Below, one piece after another: positions 30,385-40,496 of a stretch of 64,000 nucleotides of DNA; position 1 is the first letter of the stretch; the number at the start of each line of letters is the position of its first letter. The position numbers and the translations under genes are program-made. The stretch comes from Emiliania huxleyi CCMP1516. Taxonomy: Eukaryota. Below the pieces are notes generated by a model, which saw only the letters and a list, made by a program, of their open reading frames with translations, was not told where the DNA came from and did no database searches. The stretch lies in contig NW_005201269.1 in assembly GCF_000372725.1 (NCBI RefSeq), positions 124,001 to 188,000 of the forward strand, read 5' to 3'.

Positions 30385-32430
30385 ATGGAGTCGTGCCGAA
30401 TAACCGTGTTCGGCGACGAAGGAGTCCTCCAATCTGTGCGCGGCCACACGCCGGAGCGGCACAAGGATGAAGGCCGCCACGCTACAATTCGACAGCCAAA
30501 GGTATCGCGTGTGGCCGGTCCCGACCCTGCGACGGCCACTCTTCACGAGCGGAAGCTGGCTCGCACGAGTGCCTTCCTATCTCTGCCGCAAGAGCTGCTC
30601 GATGCCGTGGTCGTGCATGCCTGCGCGAGTGGCGAGCTGCGGGCGGTGCCAACGAGCGTCCACGAAGACGAGTGGAGAGTCACTGCTAGCCGAGTGGTGC
30701 AGCCGATGGTGATGCTGGCACGCCTCTGTGCCACCTGCGTCGCTCTCCGCAAGGCAGCACGTTCCGAAATCGAGCGGCGCGCCAAGCGAGCCGCCGACGT
30801 GCGTGGCGGCACTCCGACTGAGGAGCCGCACTCGCTCATCGCCCTCTACGTGCGTGCGCTCTCTGTCGCCTACCCTCCCAAGATGAAGCCCTGGTCGTCA
30901 CTGTGCCGCATGGTGGAGCGCTCCGGGCGAGGGAGGCGCCTTGCCCGCCACTCGTGCTGCACGGCGATGGAAGGGACGGAAGTGCTGCTCAAGTGCGACT
31001 CGTGGCTGCAGTCGCCAGCCAACTACATGCAGAGCCAGCCGCACATCAACGACCGCATGCGCGAGATTCTCGTCGACTGGCTCACCGAGCTGGGCGAGGG
31101 TCTCGCCGAAGTCGCGATCAGCCGGGGCGTCTTGTCGCAGTCGTTCCACCTCGCCGTGGCGCTCCTTGACCACCATCTGGCCAGCGCCGACGGCCGCGGG
31201 ACCAGCCGGCACAGGCTCCAGCTTGTGGGATGCGCGTGCTTTGGCGTGGCCTTCCAGTACGAGGACATCGTGCCGAGTCCCGACCGGCGCGGCTGTGCAG
31301 TCAACGACGAGGAGATGGCGCGTGCGATGGCGTACTTTGCCGACGCCGACGCCGACGCGACCTTCCAGGCGGAGTATGTGGCAACTTGCCGCAAGGTGAG
31401 GCGCATGGAACTGGCGGGGCTAGCCGCCAGCACGACGCTGGTCCTCGTCGAGCGGCTTCTGCGCGAGCTCGTGCGAGGCGTCTCGGGCGAGTTCCAACCA
31501 AACGGAGGCGGTAGGTACATCGCCCGGCACGGATCCGACGACCCCGAGCGCACACTCAAGTACGCGTGCCTCTACCTTGCCGAGCTCTCGCTCACGAGGT
31601 ACTCGCTGCTCCGCTGGCGGCGCTCCGTCGTCGCGGCAGCGAGCGTGCGTGCCGCGTGCGTGCTGGTCGACCCGCTCGACAGGGCCATCATCAGCATCGG
31701 TGCGCTCGACGACGGTCTCCTCGTCAACGCCGCTTCAGGCAGGCCAGGGCTACGCAGCCTCTTCCCGCGGCGGCTGCTCGGCCACTCGGACGACGAGACA
31801 GACGCGGCGACCAGCGAGCTTCTGCGCGTGGTCAAGCTCGCCCCCATCCAGACGATCTCTGGGACGAGCCGCCCAAGCGCCATCTTTCAGAAGTACCAGA
31901 GGCAGCAGTTTGACGCGGTGGCAGACCTGCACGTTTTGGTCGCGAAGATGCCGACCTACTGCACGCTGCTCGAGTCGCCACCAGCTCTTCGCACGGCGGC
32001 GGAAAAGGAGGCGATGGCGGCTGGGGCGGCGCGAAGGGCTGCAGCGGTGGCGGAGGTGGCAGCCCAGGCGGAGGCTGAGGCAGCGACGGCGGTGGCGGAG
32101 GCGGAGGCGGCGGTACTTGGCGTGCGCGCGGTCAAAGCATATGAGGCGAAAAAGGCGGCGGCGGAGGCGGAGGCGGCGGCGGCGGCGGCGGTGGAGGCAG
32201 CGGCGGTGGCGAAGGAGGCAGCGGCGAGGGTGGCGGTGCTCCGGAAGGCGGAGGCGGAGGCGGCGGTGGCGAAGGAGGCAGCGGCGAGGGTGGCGGTGCT
32301 CCGGAAGGCGGAGGCGGAGGCGGCGGCGATGGACGCAGCGGCGGCGGAGAAGGAGGCGATGGCGGCTGGGGCGGCGTGCAGGGCTGCGGCGGTGGCGGTG
32401 GAGGCGGCGGCGGGGGCGGATGCTGATTAG
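30385..32430 (+). CDS. Cyclin (A/B-like cyclin box) with N-terminal F-box-like motif
   Basis: YMQSQPHINDRMREILVDWL..FHLAVALLD..LQLVGCAC..YE and YLAELSL. Upstream FLSLPQELLDAVV..LARLCATC. Confidence 0.85.
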   Translation: MESCRITVFGDEGVLQSVRGHTPERHKDEGRHATIRQPKVSRVAGPDPATATLHERKLARTSAFLSLPQELLDAVVVHACASGELRAVPTSVHEDEWRVTASRVVQPMVMLARLCATCVALRKAARSEIERRAKRAADVRGGTPTEEPHSLIALYVRALSVAYPPKMKPWSSLCRMVERSGRGRRLARHSCCTAMEGTEVLLKCDSWLQSPANYMQSQPHINDRMREILVDWLTELGEGLAEVAISRGVLSQSFHLAVALLDHHLASADGRGTSRHRLQLVGCACFGVAFQYEDIVPSPDRRGCAVNDEEMARAMAYFADADADATFQAEYVATCRKVRRMELAGLAASTTLVLVERLLRELVRGVSGEFQPNGGGRYIARHGSDDPERTLKYACLYLAELSLTRYSLLRWRRSVVAAASVRAACVLVDPLDRAIISIGALDDGLLVNAASGRPGLRSLFPRRLLGHSDDETDAATSELLRVVKLAPIQTISGTSRPSAIFQKYQRQQFDAVADLHVLVAKMPTYCTLLESPPALRTAAEKEAMAAGAARRAAAVAEVAAQAEAEAATAVAEAEAAVLGVRAVKAYEAKKAAAEAEAAAAAAVEAAAVAKEAAARVAVLRKAEAEAAVAKEAAARVAVLRKAEAEAAAMDAAAAEKEAMAAGAACRAAAVAVEAAAGADAD

Positions 32431-32689
32431 TGCCAGGTGCGCGCCAGGGGCAGTCCCGTGCCTTGACCCTTGTGTTGTGCCTTGTGCGACTTGCGTATTG
32501 CGAGCGACAGCGAGAGAGGAGTTTTGGTAAAATTCTTTTCGAGTATAAATAAATAAAACGGACACGCCAAACGAGGGGCGGGAGAAGCGGAAGGGACAAG
32601 GGTGGTCCTCCCCACCCACTACGCACTAGCCACTTATACATGTCACGAGCAGGATCTTGGAAGGACGATCAGGGACACAGGGGAACGGT

Positions 32690-33881
32690 AAAAAAAACTG
32701 TTCAGTTTTCAAAGGCAAAAACGCCGGCGTACGCCCTCCCCTCACACTGACACTTCTCCCCTATTCCCAACTTTAGGTTGCGCACGTCTCCCAGCGAGCT
32801 AGGATCTCCGCTTTTTCTCCCCTAGTCATCCGCCCGCGCCGCGCGCCTCTATGGGCGTCTAGTGCAGCCACTGACAGAACTATTCCCGAGGAGTGGTCGA
32901 CGTCTCGCCTGAAGTCGGGTGGGCTCGCGCACTGCTTAGCCCTAGGGGAGGGGTGTGTGTGAGGTGGTGGAATGGTAAGGTTTCAGGCCACAGGGGTGGG
33001 GGATTTGGGGGATGAGTCAGGAGCCGGCAGCCTTCCTACTGGACCTGAGTTCTCAGCTCTTCCGCCCGACGGGGTGGTCCCTTGGATTCGGGCCCCGCTC
33101 CCTTTTCCTGCGCCTGGTCTGTCCCTGTCATGAGTGTGTTGCGAGATGCAGAGCGGTTAGCTGGAGCACAGAGCTGGAGCACTGTCTGGTTAGGAAGGCT
33201 GGAGAGCTGTTAGGCTGGGGCACAGAGCTGGTTGGGCTGGAGCACAGAGCTGGCTAGGCTGCTGGTTAGGCTGGGGCACAGGGCTGGTTGGGCTGGAGCA
33301 GTGGAGCACAGAGCTGGTTAGGCTGGAGCAGAAAGCTGGTTAGGCTGGAGCGCGGGCGGTGCGGCGGCCGGCGAGGGCAGCGCGGTAGGCGAGAGGCGGC
33401 CGCGGGGCGTCGAGTGGCGCGATAGGAGGGTAGGCTGGCCGTGGGGGGGCGCCGCGTGACCTCGGCAAATAAGTGATAAATATTGGTTTATGAGGGGCCA
33501 GTTTGTACGCATTGGCAAATCGAGCCTGGGGCGTGGCCTAGTTGGTGCAGCGTTCGGGTCGGGGACGTTTTGGTCGTTGGTTCGAGCCCAGCTGGTGCAG
33601 TTCGTAGTCGCGCAGCGACCGCGGGCGCGCGGGTGCGCGGCAGCCTCGGCAACCGAGGCGACAGTGGCGAGCAGTGGCGAGCAGTGGCGAGCAGGGGCGA
33701 GCAGGGGTCAAAGCAGTGCGGCGCGCCGGATTTTTTCGATGGGCTCGGTCCGTGGGCGTGTCAGGAGGCGGCCGGCTGGGAGAAACTTGCGAAAAACTCC
33801 CAGGCCGGCCCAGGTGGTGGGTGTGTCGCGGAGGCGGCCATTGGCACGCGCTCCTTGTAACCGGGGTCAAGTTTTTTTTTT
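32690..33881 (+). mobile_element. ~1.2 kb non-coding element, copy 1 (A-run/T-run ends, 14-bp TSD)
   Basis: A8CTGTTCAG...GGTCAAGT10. TSD CACAGGGGAACGGT at 32676-32689 and 33882-33895. Near-identical to the reverse complement of 48141-49304. Confidence 0.9.
33527..33600 (+). promoter_or_regulatory. tRNA-derived sequence with Pol III A and B boxes inside the element
   Basis: A box TGGCCTAGTTGG (33534-33545) and B box GGTTCGAGCCC (33579-33589) at tRNA spacing. The T-arm GTTGG/CCAGC pairs; acceptor and anticodon stems are degenerate. Second copy at 48409-48482(-). Confidence 0.7.
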
Positions 33882-34506
33882 CACAGGGGAACGGTAGCGG
33901 GGAGCGCATCGCGACACGGAGGGGGGCGAGTGTTAGTGCCAGTGTGTGTGTGCGCGCGCGCGCCAATAAATAAATAAATAAAACGGGCACGCCAAACGAG
34001 GGGTGGGAGAAGGACAGGGTCCCCACCTGCACGAGCAGGATCTTGTAAGGACGATCAGGGACACGCGCCAAAGAAAGAAAGAAAGAAATCGGAGAACCCA
34101 AGGGATGGATGGGAGGACGGCACGCCGCCACCACACAGGGATTTTAAGGAGAGGTGTGTGGTGCGCTAGCCGTCACCCACCCTAGGGAGTCTGCCTCTTC
34201 CTATCTCTCTTCGCAGTCTCTCGCCGCTTCTCGCTGCAACCTTCATGCCACCTCGCGGTCGTCTCACTCTCGTCGTCCTCTCCCTTGTCATTTCCTCTTC
34301 TGTCGCGTCGTTCTCTTGACACGCGCCAAGCTTTTTTCACTCGACTGCCATTCTTCTTACTCGGTGAGCCTGTGTGTGTGCCAGTCCGCGCCAGTCTGCG
34401 CCCTTGTCGTGCCAGTGTGCTGTGAGAGAGGCTTGTATCTTAAGAATTCTTCTTACTCGAGTAGGCGCCGACTCGCACCCTTGGCCGACTGTGACGCTTG
34501 GTCCCG

Positions 34507-37463
34507 ATGACCGCTCCGTCGACCCTCCCCATCCTCATGCCTGCGGGGCCGACGCAGCGCAGGTTTTCGGCGGCGGAGGACGCGGCCGTCCTGGCCGCCT
34601 TCGACGAGCTCGGCCCCAAGTGGGGCCTCATCGCGCAGCGGCTTCCCGGCCGGACCGAGGCGGCCGTCAAGAGCCGCTACTTCCGGCGGCGGGCGGCGGA
34701 GGAGCGGAGCCTCTCGTCGGCGCTCAACTCGCTCCTGCAGGAGGATGACCCCACCGCCTCGGGGCAGCAGTGGAGCAGGCTGATCGGCGGCCTGGACGGC
34801 ACGGGCGAGGCCGCCGCCGGTGCGGCGGTAGACGGCGGCGGCGACAGCGACGACTCAATGGGCGTGACCGGGCCCTTCGCCAAGGCCGAGCCGCCGCCGC
34901 CGCCGCCGCTCTTCGCCAGCCCGGAGGAGCTGCGGGCCGAGTGCTCCCGCCGCTGGCTTCGGAAGGAGGAGGCGGCCGCCGCGCCTCCCTCGCTCCCTCT
35001 CCCTCCCCGCTCCGGCGCCCGTCCCCCCGCCGCCCCGCCGCCGCCCTCTGACGGCGCGCCCCCTGCGCAGGTGCACGACCTTCTCCTGCAGCCGCGCGCG
35101 TACGGCCTGGCCCTCGCCGACGCCGACGCCCTCGCCAGCCTCGCGCCCGTCAGCGGCACCCTCTTTCTGGTCGACAAGTCGCAGCACGCGCGCTTCCGCA
35201 ACGACTCCCTCGCCTACCGCATGCGCGACACGTCGAGCGGCGGGCGGGTGCTCTGCGAGTCGCACGAGCGCTACAAGATTGACGGCGTCCCCGCGATCAA
35301 CGCCCGCTACTCGCAGGCGGAGGACGGCTCCCTCCACCGACGCATCTACTCGCGCCTCGCGGGCCGAGGGGAGCTGGACAGAGACCTCCACCTCGTGCAC
35401 TACCTGCGGCCTCCTCAGCAGGCCGAGCCGGCCACGCCGATGGAGCTCGGCCCCGCGCACGCGAGCCCGCCCGACACGGCGCCGCTCGAGGCGCGCGTGC
35501 GCCAGCTCGAGGCGGAGAAGGAGGCCGCCGCCGCCGCCGCCGCCGCCGCCGCGGCGCGCACCGCAGAGCTCGAGGCGCTAAATTAACGAATGAACTGACG
35601 AATTCACCAATTAATTAGGCTCGCATCGCAGAGCTCGAGGCGCGCGTGCGGCAGCTCGAGGCGGAGAAGGCGGCGGCGGCGGCGGCGGCGGCCTCCTCGG
35701 CGGACGACGCCTCCCCGTGGTCCTCCCCTCGCGCGCGCGCCTCTCCGTACGCGACTACGACCGCGCCGGGGATGGGCGGCTTCTTCGCGGCGTCGTCGGA
35801 CCTGCTCCCTCCGGCGGCGCCGCCGCGCGCCCTCGCTCCGCCGCCGCTCCTGTCGCCCCGGGCGGCTGCGGGGGCGGCGTGTGGCGGCTCGCCGCGCCCG
35901 TCCGAGTCGCCCGACGGAGGCGTCTTTGAGGCTCCGTCCGAGGCGTTTGCGATGGCCGTCTCCCTCACCGCGGAGCCCGAGGTTGGCCTCGAGCGACAGT
36001 TCCGCGAGCTCTTCCTCACCCTCGAGCCGCGGTCCAGCACCGGCGACCGGGGCGACGCGGGCGCGGCCGCCGCCGCGCATGCTGAGTGGATGGACCAGGG
36101 GGGTGCCTCTTGCCGGCCGGAGCCGACCGCCGCCAGCTCCGCCGCTTCCCCGCACTGCGCCGCCCCTCCCGCCGCCTCGCCCGCCGCCGGCGCCGAGCCG
36201 CTCCCGCCCTCCCTGCTCCAAGCGCCCGAGTCGCCGTTTGTGCTCCGACGCGCACTGCAGCCGCGGGAGGCGCCGTCCGCGCAGCGCGCCCCTCCGCCGC
36301 CGAGCGCGTTCTCGCCGCCCGACGCCCTGAGCTCGCCACTGCCGCTGCCTCCGCCCTCTGCGGCCGAGTCGCCTCGCGGGCTGTCGCCCGCCTCCGCCCT
36401 CTCGCCCGCCGCCGCCGCCGAGTCGCGCGAGCGGGCGGCACGGCTGGCGCGGCTGCAGCGCTCGCTGCGGGTGGCGCTGCAGCATCGGGAGCACCGGCAT
36501 CGGCACCACCACCACCCCTACGCGGGCGGCGGCGCCGGCGGAGGAGGAGGAGGGAGGCGGCCGACGGCTGGCGCCGAGGCGGGCGCGGACTGGAGCGCGT
36601 GCAGCCTCGGCGTCCTCAAGGGGGCGCAGGTCCGCTTCCGCACGCGCAAGCAGGCGGACTCGCGCCAACGCGCCGCGCTCGCCATCGAGCGCTTCTACCG
36701 GAAGCGGCGGCGCAGCCCCGCGCGCGAGCTGAGCGCGTCGGCGGACGAGGCGGCGCACTTGTTTGAGCGCGACACCGTGCTGCTGGGCCGGCTCGCGGTG
36801 CCGGCGAGCCCCGCGGCGGCGGCGGCAGGGGTTTGCGGCCCGTCTTCGGCCCTGCCGCCCCTGTGCGAGGAGGCGCGCCCACCGCCGCTCTCCCTCCCGG
36901 CCGGCGCTTGCTCGAGCCCGCCGCTGACGGCCGAGGCGCGCGCGCGGCAGCTCCGCCGCTCGGCGGTGCGAGTCATCGAGAGGACCTACTCGGAGTGGAA
37001 GTACCACGCAGAGCGCGCGCGGCTGGCGGCGGAGGGGTCGTCCGAGGGCGGGCCGGACGCGGCGCTCCACTCGTACCACGCCGAGCGGCGCGCGTGCGCG
37101 GCGCGGTGCATCCAGCAATACTTGGCGCGGCCGCAGCTCCAGCCGGCGGCGGGGGTGGCGGAGGCGGTCGTCGGGGCAGGGGCGGCGGGCGGGGCGGCGG
37201 GGGCGGCGGCTTCGGGCGATGAGTGCGGCTACACGCCGGCGCAGCTCGAGTTGATCCGGCGCGTGCAGCGGCAGTTTCGCGCGCTGGTGAGCAAGCAGGC
37301 CGAGGCGGCGCAGGAGCTGCACAACACGTCGCTTCGCGAGGCGAGCTCGGCGGCGGGGACGCTGCCGCAGCACGAGCATCTGTGCGCGATCCTGCGGCAG
37401 GTCTACCGTGAGCGCAAGGCGCGCGAGGCGGCGACGCGGGCGAGGGGGGCGGGGGGGCGGTGA
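34507..37463 (+). CDS. Myb + CG-1 DNA-binding + IQ-motif transcription factor (CAMTA-like), spliced
   Basis: Myb: FSAAED..L..FDELGPKWGLIAQRLPGRTEAAVKSRY. CG-1: SGTLFLVDK..FRND..ESHERYKIDG..INARY..LHRRIY..HLVHYL. IQ-like: AARCIQQYL and RRVQRQFR. GC-AG intron at 35554-35618. Confidence 0.85.
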
Positions 37464-37793
37464 AGTGGGGGGGCGTGTGACTTGGTTCTGCTGGTCCGGT
37501 GGGCGCGTGTCGAGTGTCTGAGTTGTGCTGGTCCGGCGGAGCGCGGCGTAGCGGGGGAGAGCGTAATAGCGTAGTGAGAGAGTGTAGCGCGGAGTACGTG
37601 AGGCGCAAGTAGGCGCAGGGAGTACCGAGTGCGGGCTGTAGTCGAAATCCTTGGCGCTTGGGTGTTTCTGTTCGAAGTGATCGCGCCGCTGCTGCTGGGT
37701 CGGTCGGTCGCGCGCGCACCTCGAGGAGGTTTCACGAGGATTCGTCCTCAAAGAGGAAAAGAAAAACGCCGCGAGCAGTGTCGGCTGAGTCGA

Positions 37794-38348
37794 ATGCCGC
37801 CTGGCCGATCGCAGCAGATCACGGCCATGCTTCATAGCACGCACACCTACCTCGGCCAGCACGGGCTGAGCATGCTTATGTGCCAGCACGGCGGCGGCGA
37901 CGACAAGGCGCGCGCAGAGAAGATGTGGGATCAGAACGCGGCGTCGGCGCGCGACGTGTACGAGATGTGCAAGACGATCGAGGAGATCAGTCCAAAGATG
38001 GCGGGGGAGATGGGCAGGATCCGCAGCCAGCTGACGGGCCTGATTGGCGGCAAGGCGACCAAGGGCACAAAGCGCAAGCGCGCGGGCAGCGTGGCGAGCA
38101 GCAACGGCGCGGTGGTGCTCGCGCCGGCAGAGGAGGAGACACTTGCAGCTCTGGAGGCGGAGATCGGACGGCTCAAAGCTGCGAACGAAGATGCGACGAC
38201 GACCGTGGGCGAGTGGGAGATCAAGTGGAAGGTGCGGGCGAAAGTGTCTGGCTCCGGGGTAGCCGGAGACTTCGCCGCCACAAGGGCCGGCGGCAAGCAG
38301 TGTCGCTCCATCAAGGGGCTCCGTGCCCTGCTGGCAGGGTCGGCCTGA
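37794..38348 (+). CDS. Small protein with C-terminal MBD-like (methyl-CpG-binding fold) motif
   Basis: EWEIKWKVRAK.SGSGVAGDF....GGKQCRSIKGLRALL resembles the MBD pattern W..R..G..D.Y..P.GK..RS..L. NLS-like KRKR. Confidence 0.55.
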   Translation: MPPGRSQQITAMLHSTHTYLGQHGLSMLMCQHGGGDDKARAEKMWDQNAASARDVYEMCKTIEEISPKMAGEMGRIRSQLTGLIGGKATKGTKRKRAGSVASSNGAVVLAPAEEETLAALEAEIGRLKAANEDATTTVGEWEIKWKVRAKVSGSGVAGDFAATRAGGKQCRSIKGLRALLAGSA

Positions 38349-38643
38349 CCACGCTGCGGAGGGCGCCTGCCAGAGGAACGACGCTCGACCCACCCGCGCG
38401 CTGTAGACCTGTCTACCATGGGCCTCGCTGCCAGCTCACTGCCGCACCGGGAGCGCCTCGGTCGCTCTCATAAGTGCGTTCGTACTCTCCATGTCTAATA
38501 CTAAGTTATACGGTGCCATGCATGTTGTCGTTTACATTAGACATTAGAGCCACATGCGTGTACCAGTACCGCCCGACGGGGGCCTCTCTCTCCGCGACCG
38601 CGTCTCCCCCGCCGCCACATCTCTCAGCTCCGGCCTCCGCACG

Positions 38644-39233
38644 CTAGTTTTGTTTCTGCTGCGCCATTTCCCTTCTCGTCGCGTCCTGCAGCAGCTCAGT
38701 GTCCACCTCGGAAGCAGGCAGCTGCACGTACTTGATCACCGAGCCGCGGATAAAGCACGTCTTGACGGATTGCTGCGCGGCGATGCGGGTGGCGCTCCAG
38801 GAGAGGTTGATGCGAGGAAGGGGGCGAGCGGAGTGGGGAGCGTGAGGTGCGGCGGCCGGGCACACACCATGTGCGGAAAGTTCTCGCGGTCGTCGACCGT
38901 CACCTGGAGCAGCTTGACGTTGAGGAACTGGTCGACCGAGTGCAGCGTTCCGCGAATGGCCAGATCTGCAGGGCGAGCGCGCCCGAGTGAGCTGCCGCAG
39001 TGATCGGTCGGGCCGGCGGGACGAGCGGGCGCCATTCTTCAGCTCGACCACCACCTCCTTGCCCACGAGGGTCTTGAAGAAGCTGAAGAAGAGCTGCAGC
39101 GAGAGAGGCAGCACATCAGTCGCCGGCGAGCGGTCCCAAGGCCTTGGGGTCTTCGCGCCGCTGGGCATCGCATCGCGCCGCGAGCGCGCGCGTGCGGGCG
39201 TGCTGGGCGATCAGCGTGGGTCAGACGCACCAT
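38644..39233 (-). CDS. LSM2: U6 snRNA-associated Sm-like protein LSm2, 4 exons
   Basis: M|LFFSFFKTLVGKEVVVELKN|DLAIRGTLHSVDQFLNVKL..FPHM|QSVKTCFIRGSVIKYVQLP..VDTELLQDATRRE. Confidence 0.95.
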
Positions 39234-39611
39234 GGTGACGGCGGGCTGGCTGAGAAATGGCGCGCGCTGCACTCTAGAACGCGATGACAGAAAAGAATTT
39301 TCTGGACCGCTTTAAAATACCAGTGTGGGCTACGCGCAAGCCTCGCAGCACGAAGGAGGGCCTGCGTCAGCGCAAAGACGAGGCGATGAGAACGGTGATC
39401 ACAGAGAGAGATAAAAAAGAAGGGAGAGAAAGCAAGAAAACAGAGAGCCCAAACGAGGGATAGGGGAGATTTTTAGTGTTGTTGTTTGGGAGTGAGAGAG
39501 ATTTGTTTTTGTTGTTGGTGATCAGCGATAGGGGCGCTGGAGTGGCGAGGAGCGAGCGGGCGTTGCTGACTCGGGCGGGAGGGGTGCAGGTGCACCTCTG
39601 TCAGCAAGATA

Positions 39612-40282
39612 TGCAGAGACACAACCCCCGCCGAGGCTCGCTGCCGTACTATCACGGACGCCTCAGATCGGACATGATTGAGCTGGATCCCACCTCCTCT
39701 CGACCCCGGCTGCGTACCTCGGTCAAGAGCGCAGCGAATGTCACAGTGCGCTTCTTCCTGAACACCCATCCGATGGCAACCCTCCGATGCATGAGTCTGA
39801 GCGACGTGCTCGTCGGCTCGCACAGCCACTTCACCTCTATTCCGACGCTCTTGTCGCCGGAGGAATCACGCACTGTCGTGCCGCCCGACTTTGAGTTCAG
39901 GCGGTGGTGCGGGGACGGGGGCGAGCAGCAGCAGCGCATGGAATGGTGCCAATCGCGCTTCGTCCCTACGGCTCTGGAGTGCGCTCTCCGCAGCGAGTGG
40001 TCCGAGTCCGAGCGGGAGGCGAGGTGCGCGAGGATCGCCGCGCTACTCGCCCCGCTGATCGCCCGGCTTAGACTTCCCGCCGACGACGCCATCACCCGGG
40101 CGGCCACTCACGCTGGCTCGGGTTCGTGGGTAGTTCCGAGACTGCAGTCGTTCCCCTGCGAGGAGAGCATCATCGAGCGGGTGATCGCATGGGGGATGGG
40201 ACTCGGGCTCGGGGTGGGGATCGGGCTGAGCATTGGCGCTAGTAGCCATGCCGCTAGGCGCCTGGGCTCCCCGTCCCGTTGA
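39612..40282 (+). CDS. Hypothetical protein with C-terminal hydrophobic segment; start uncertain
   Basis: Open frame with coding-like bias and a C-terminal WGMGLGLGVGIGLSIG segment. Confidence 0.35.
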
Positions 40283-40496
40283 AAGTACAAGCAGGAGCTC
40301 TCTGAAACCTCCACCGCAGCCAGAAAGAGTGTGTGGGGGCTGTGGGGCACGAGAGACGGCACGCGAGAGGCTCTCACTGTCTGACGTGTGGGGGGCGAGC
40401 CGCGTAGTACACGTCGATCCTCTCGGTTCGACAGATTCAAGGATTACAGTGTTTCGCAAATCTCCATTTTTCTTTACAGAAATTATTGTACGAGTG

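Noticed and set aside
33527..33600. Functional tRNA-Pro gene
   Set aside because: Acceptor and anticodon stems do not pair; only the boxes and T-arm remain.
35604..38393. 929-aa minus-strand ORF and many other long Arg/Pro/Ala-rich ORFs
   Set aside because: Shadow frames of GC-rich real genes, with no domain signal.
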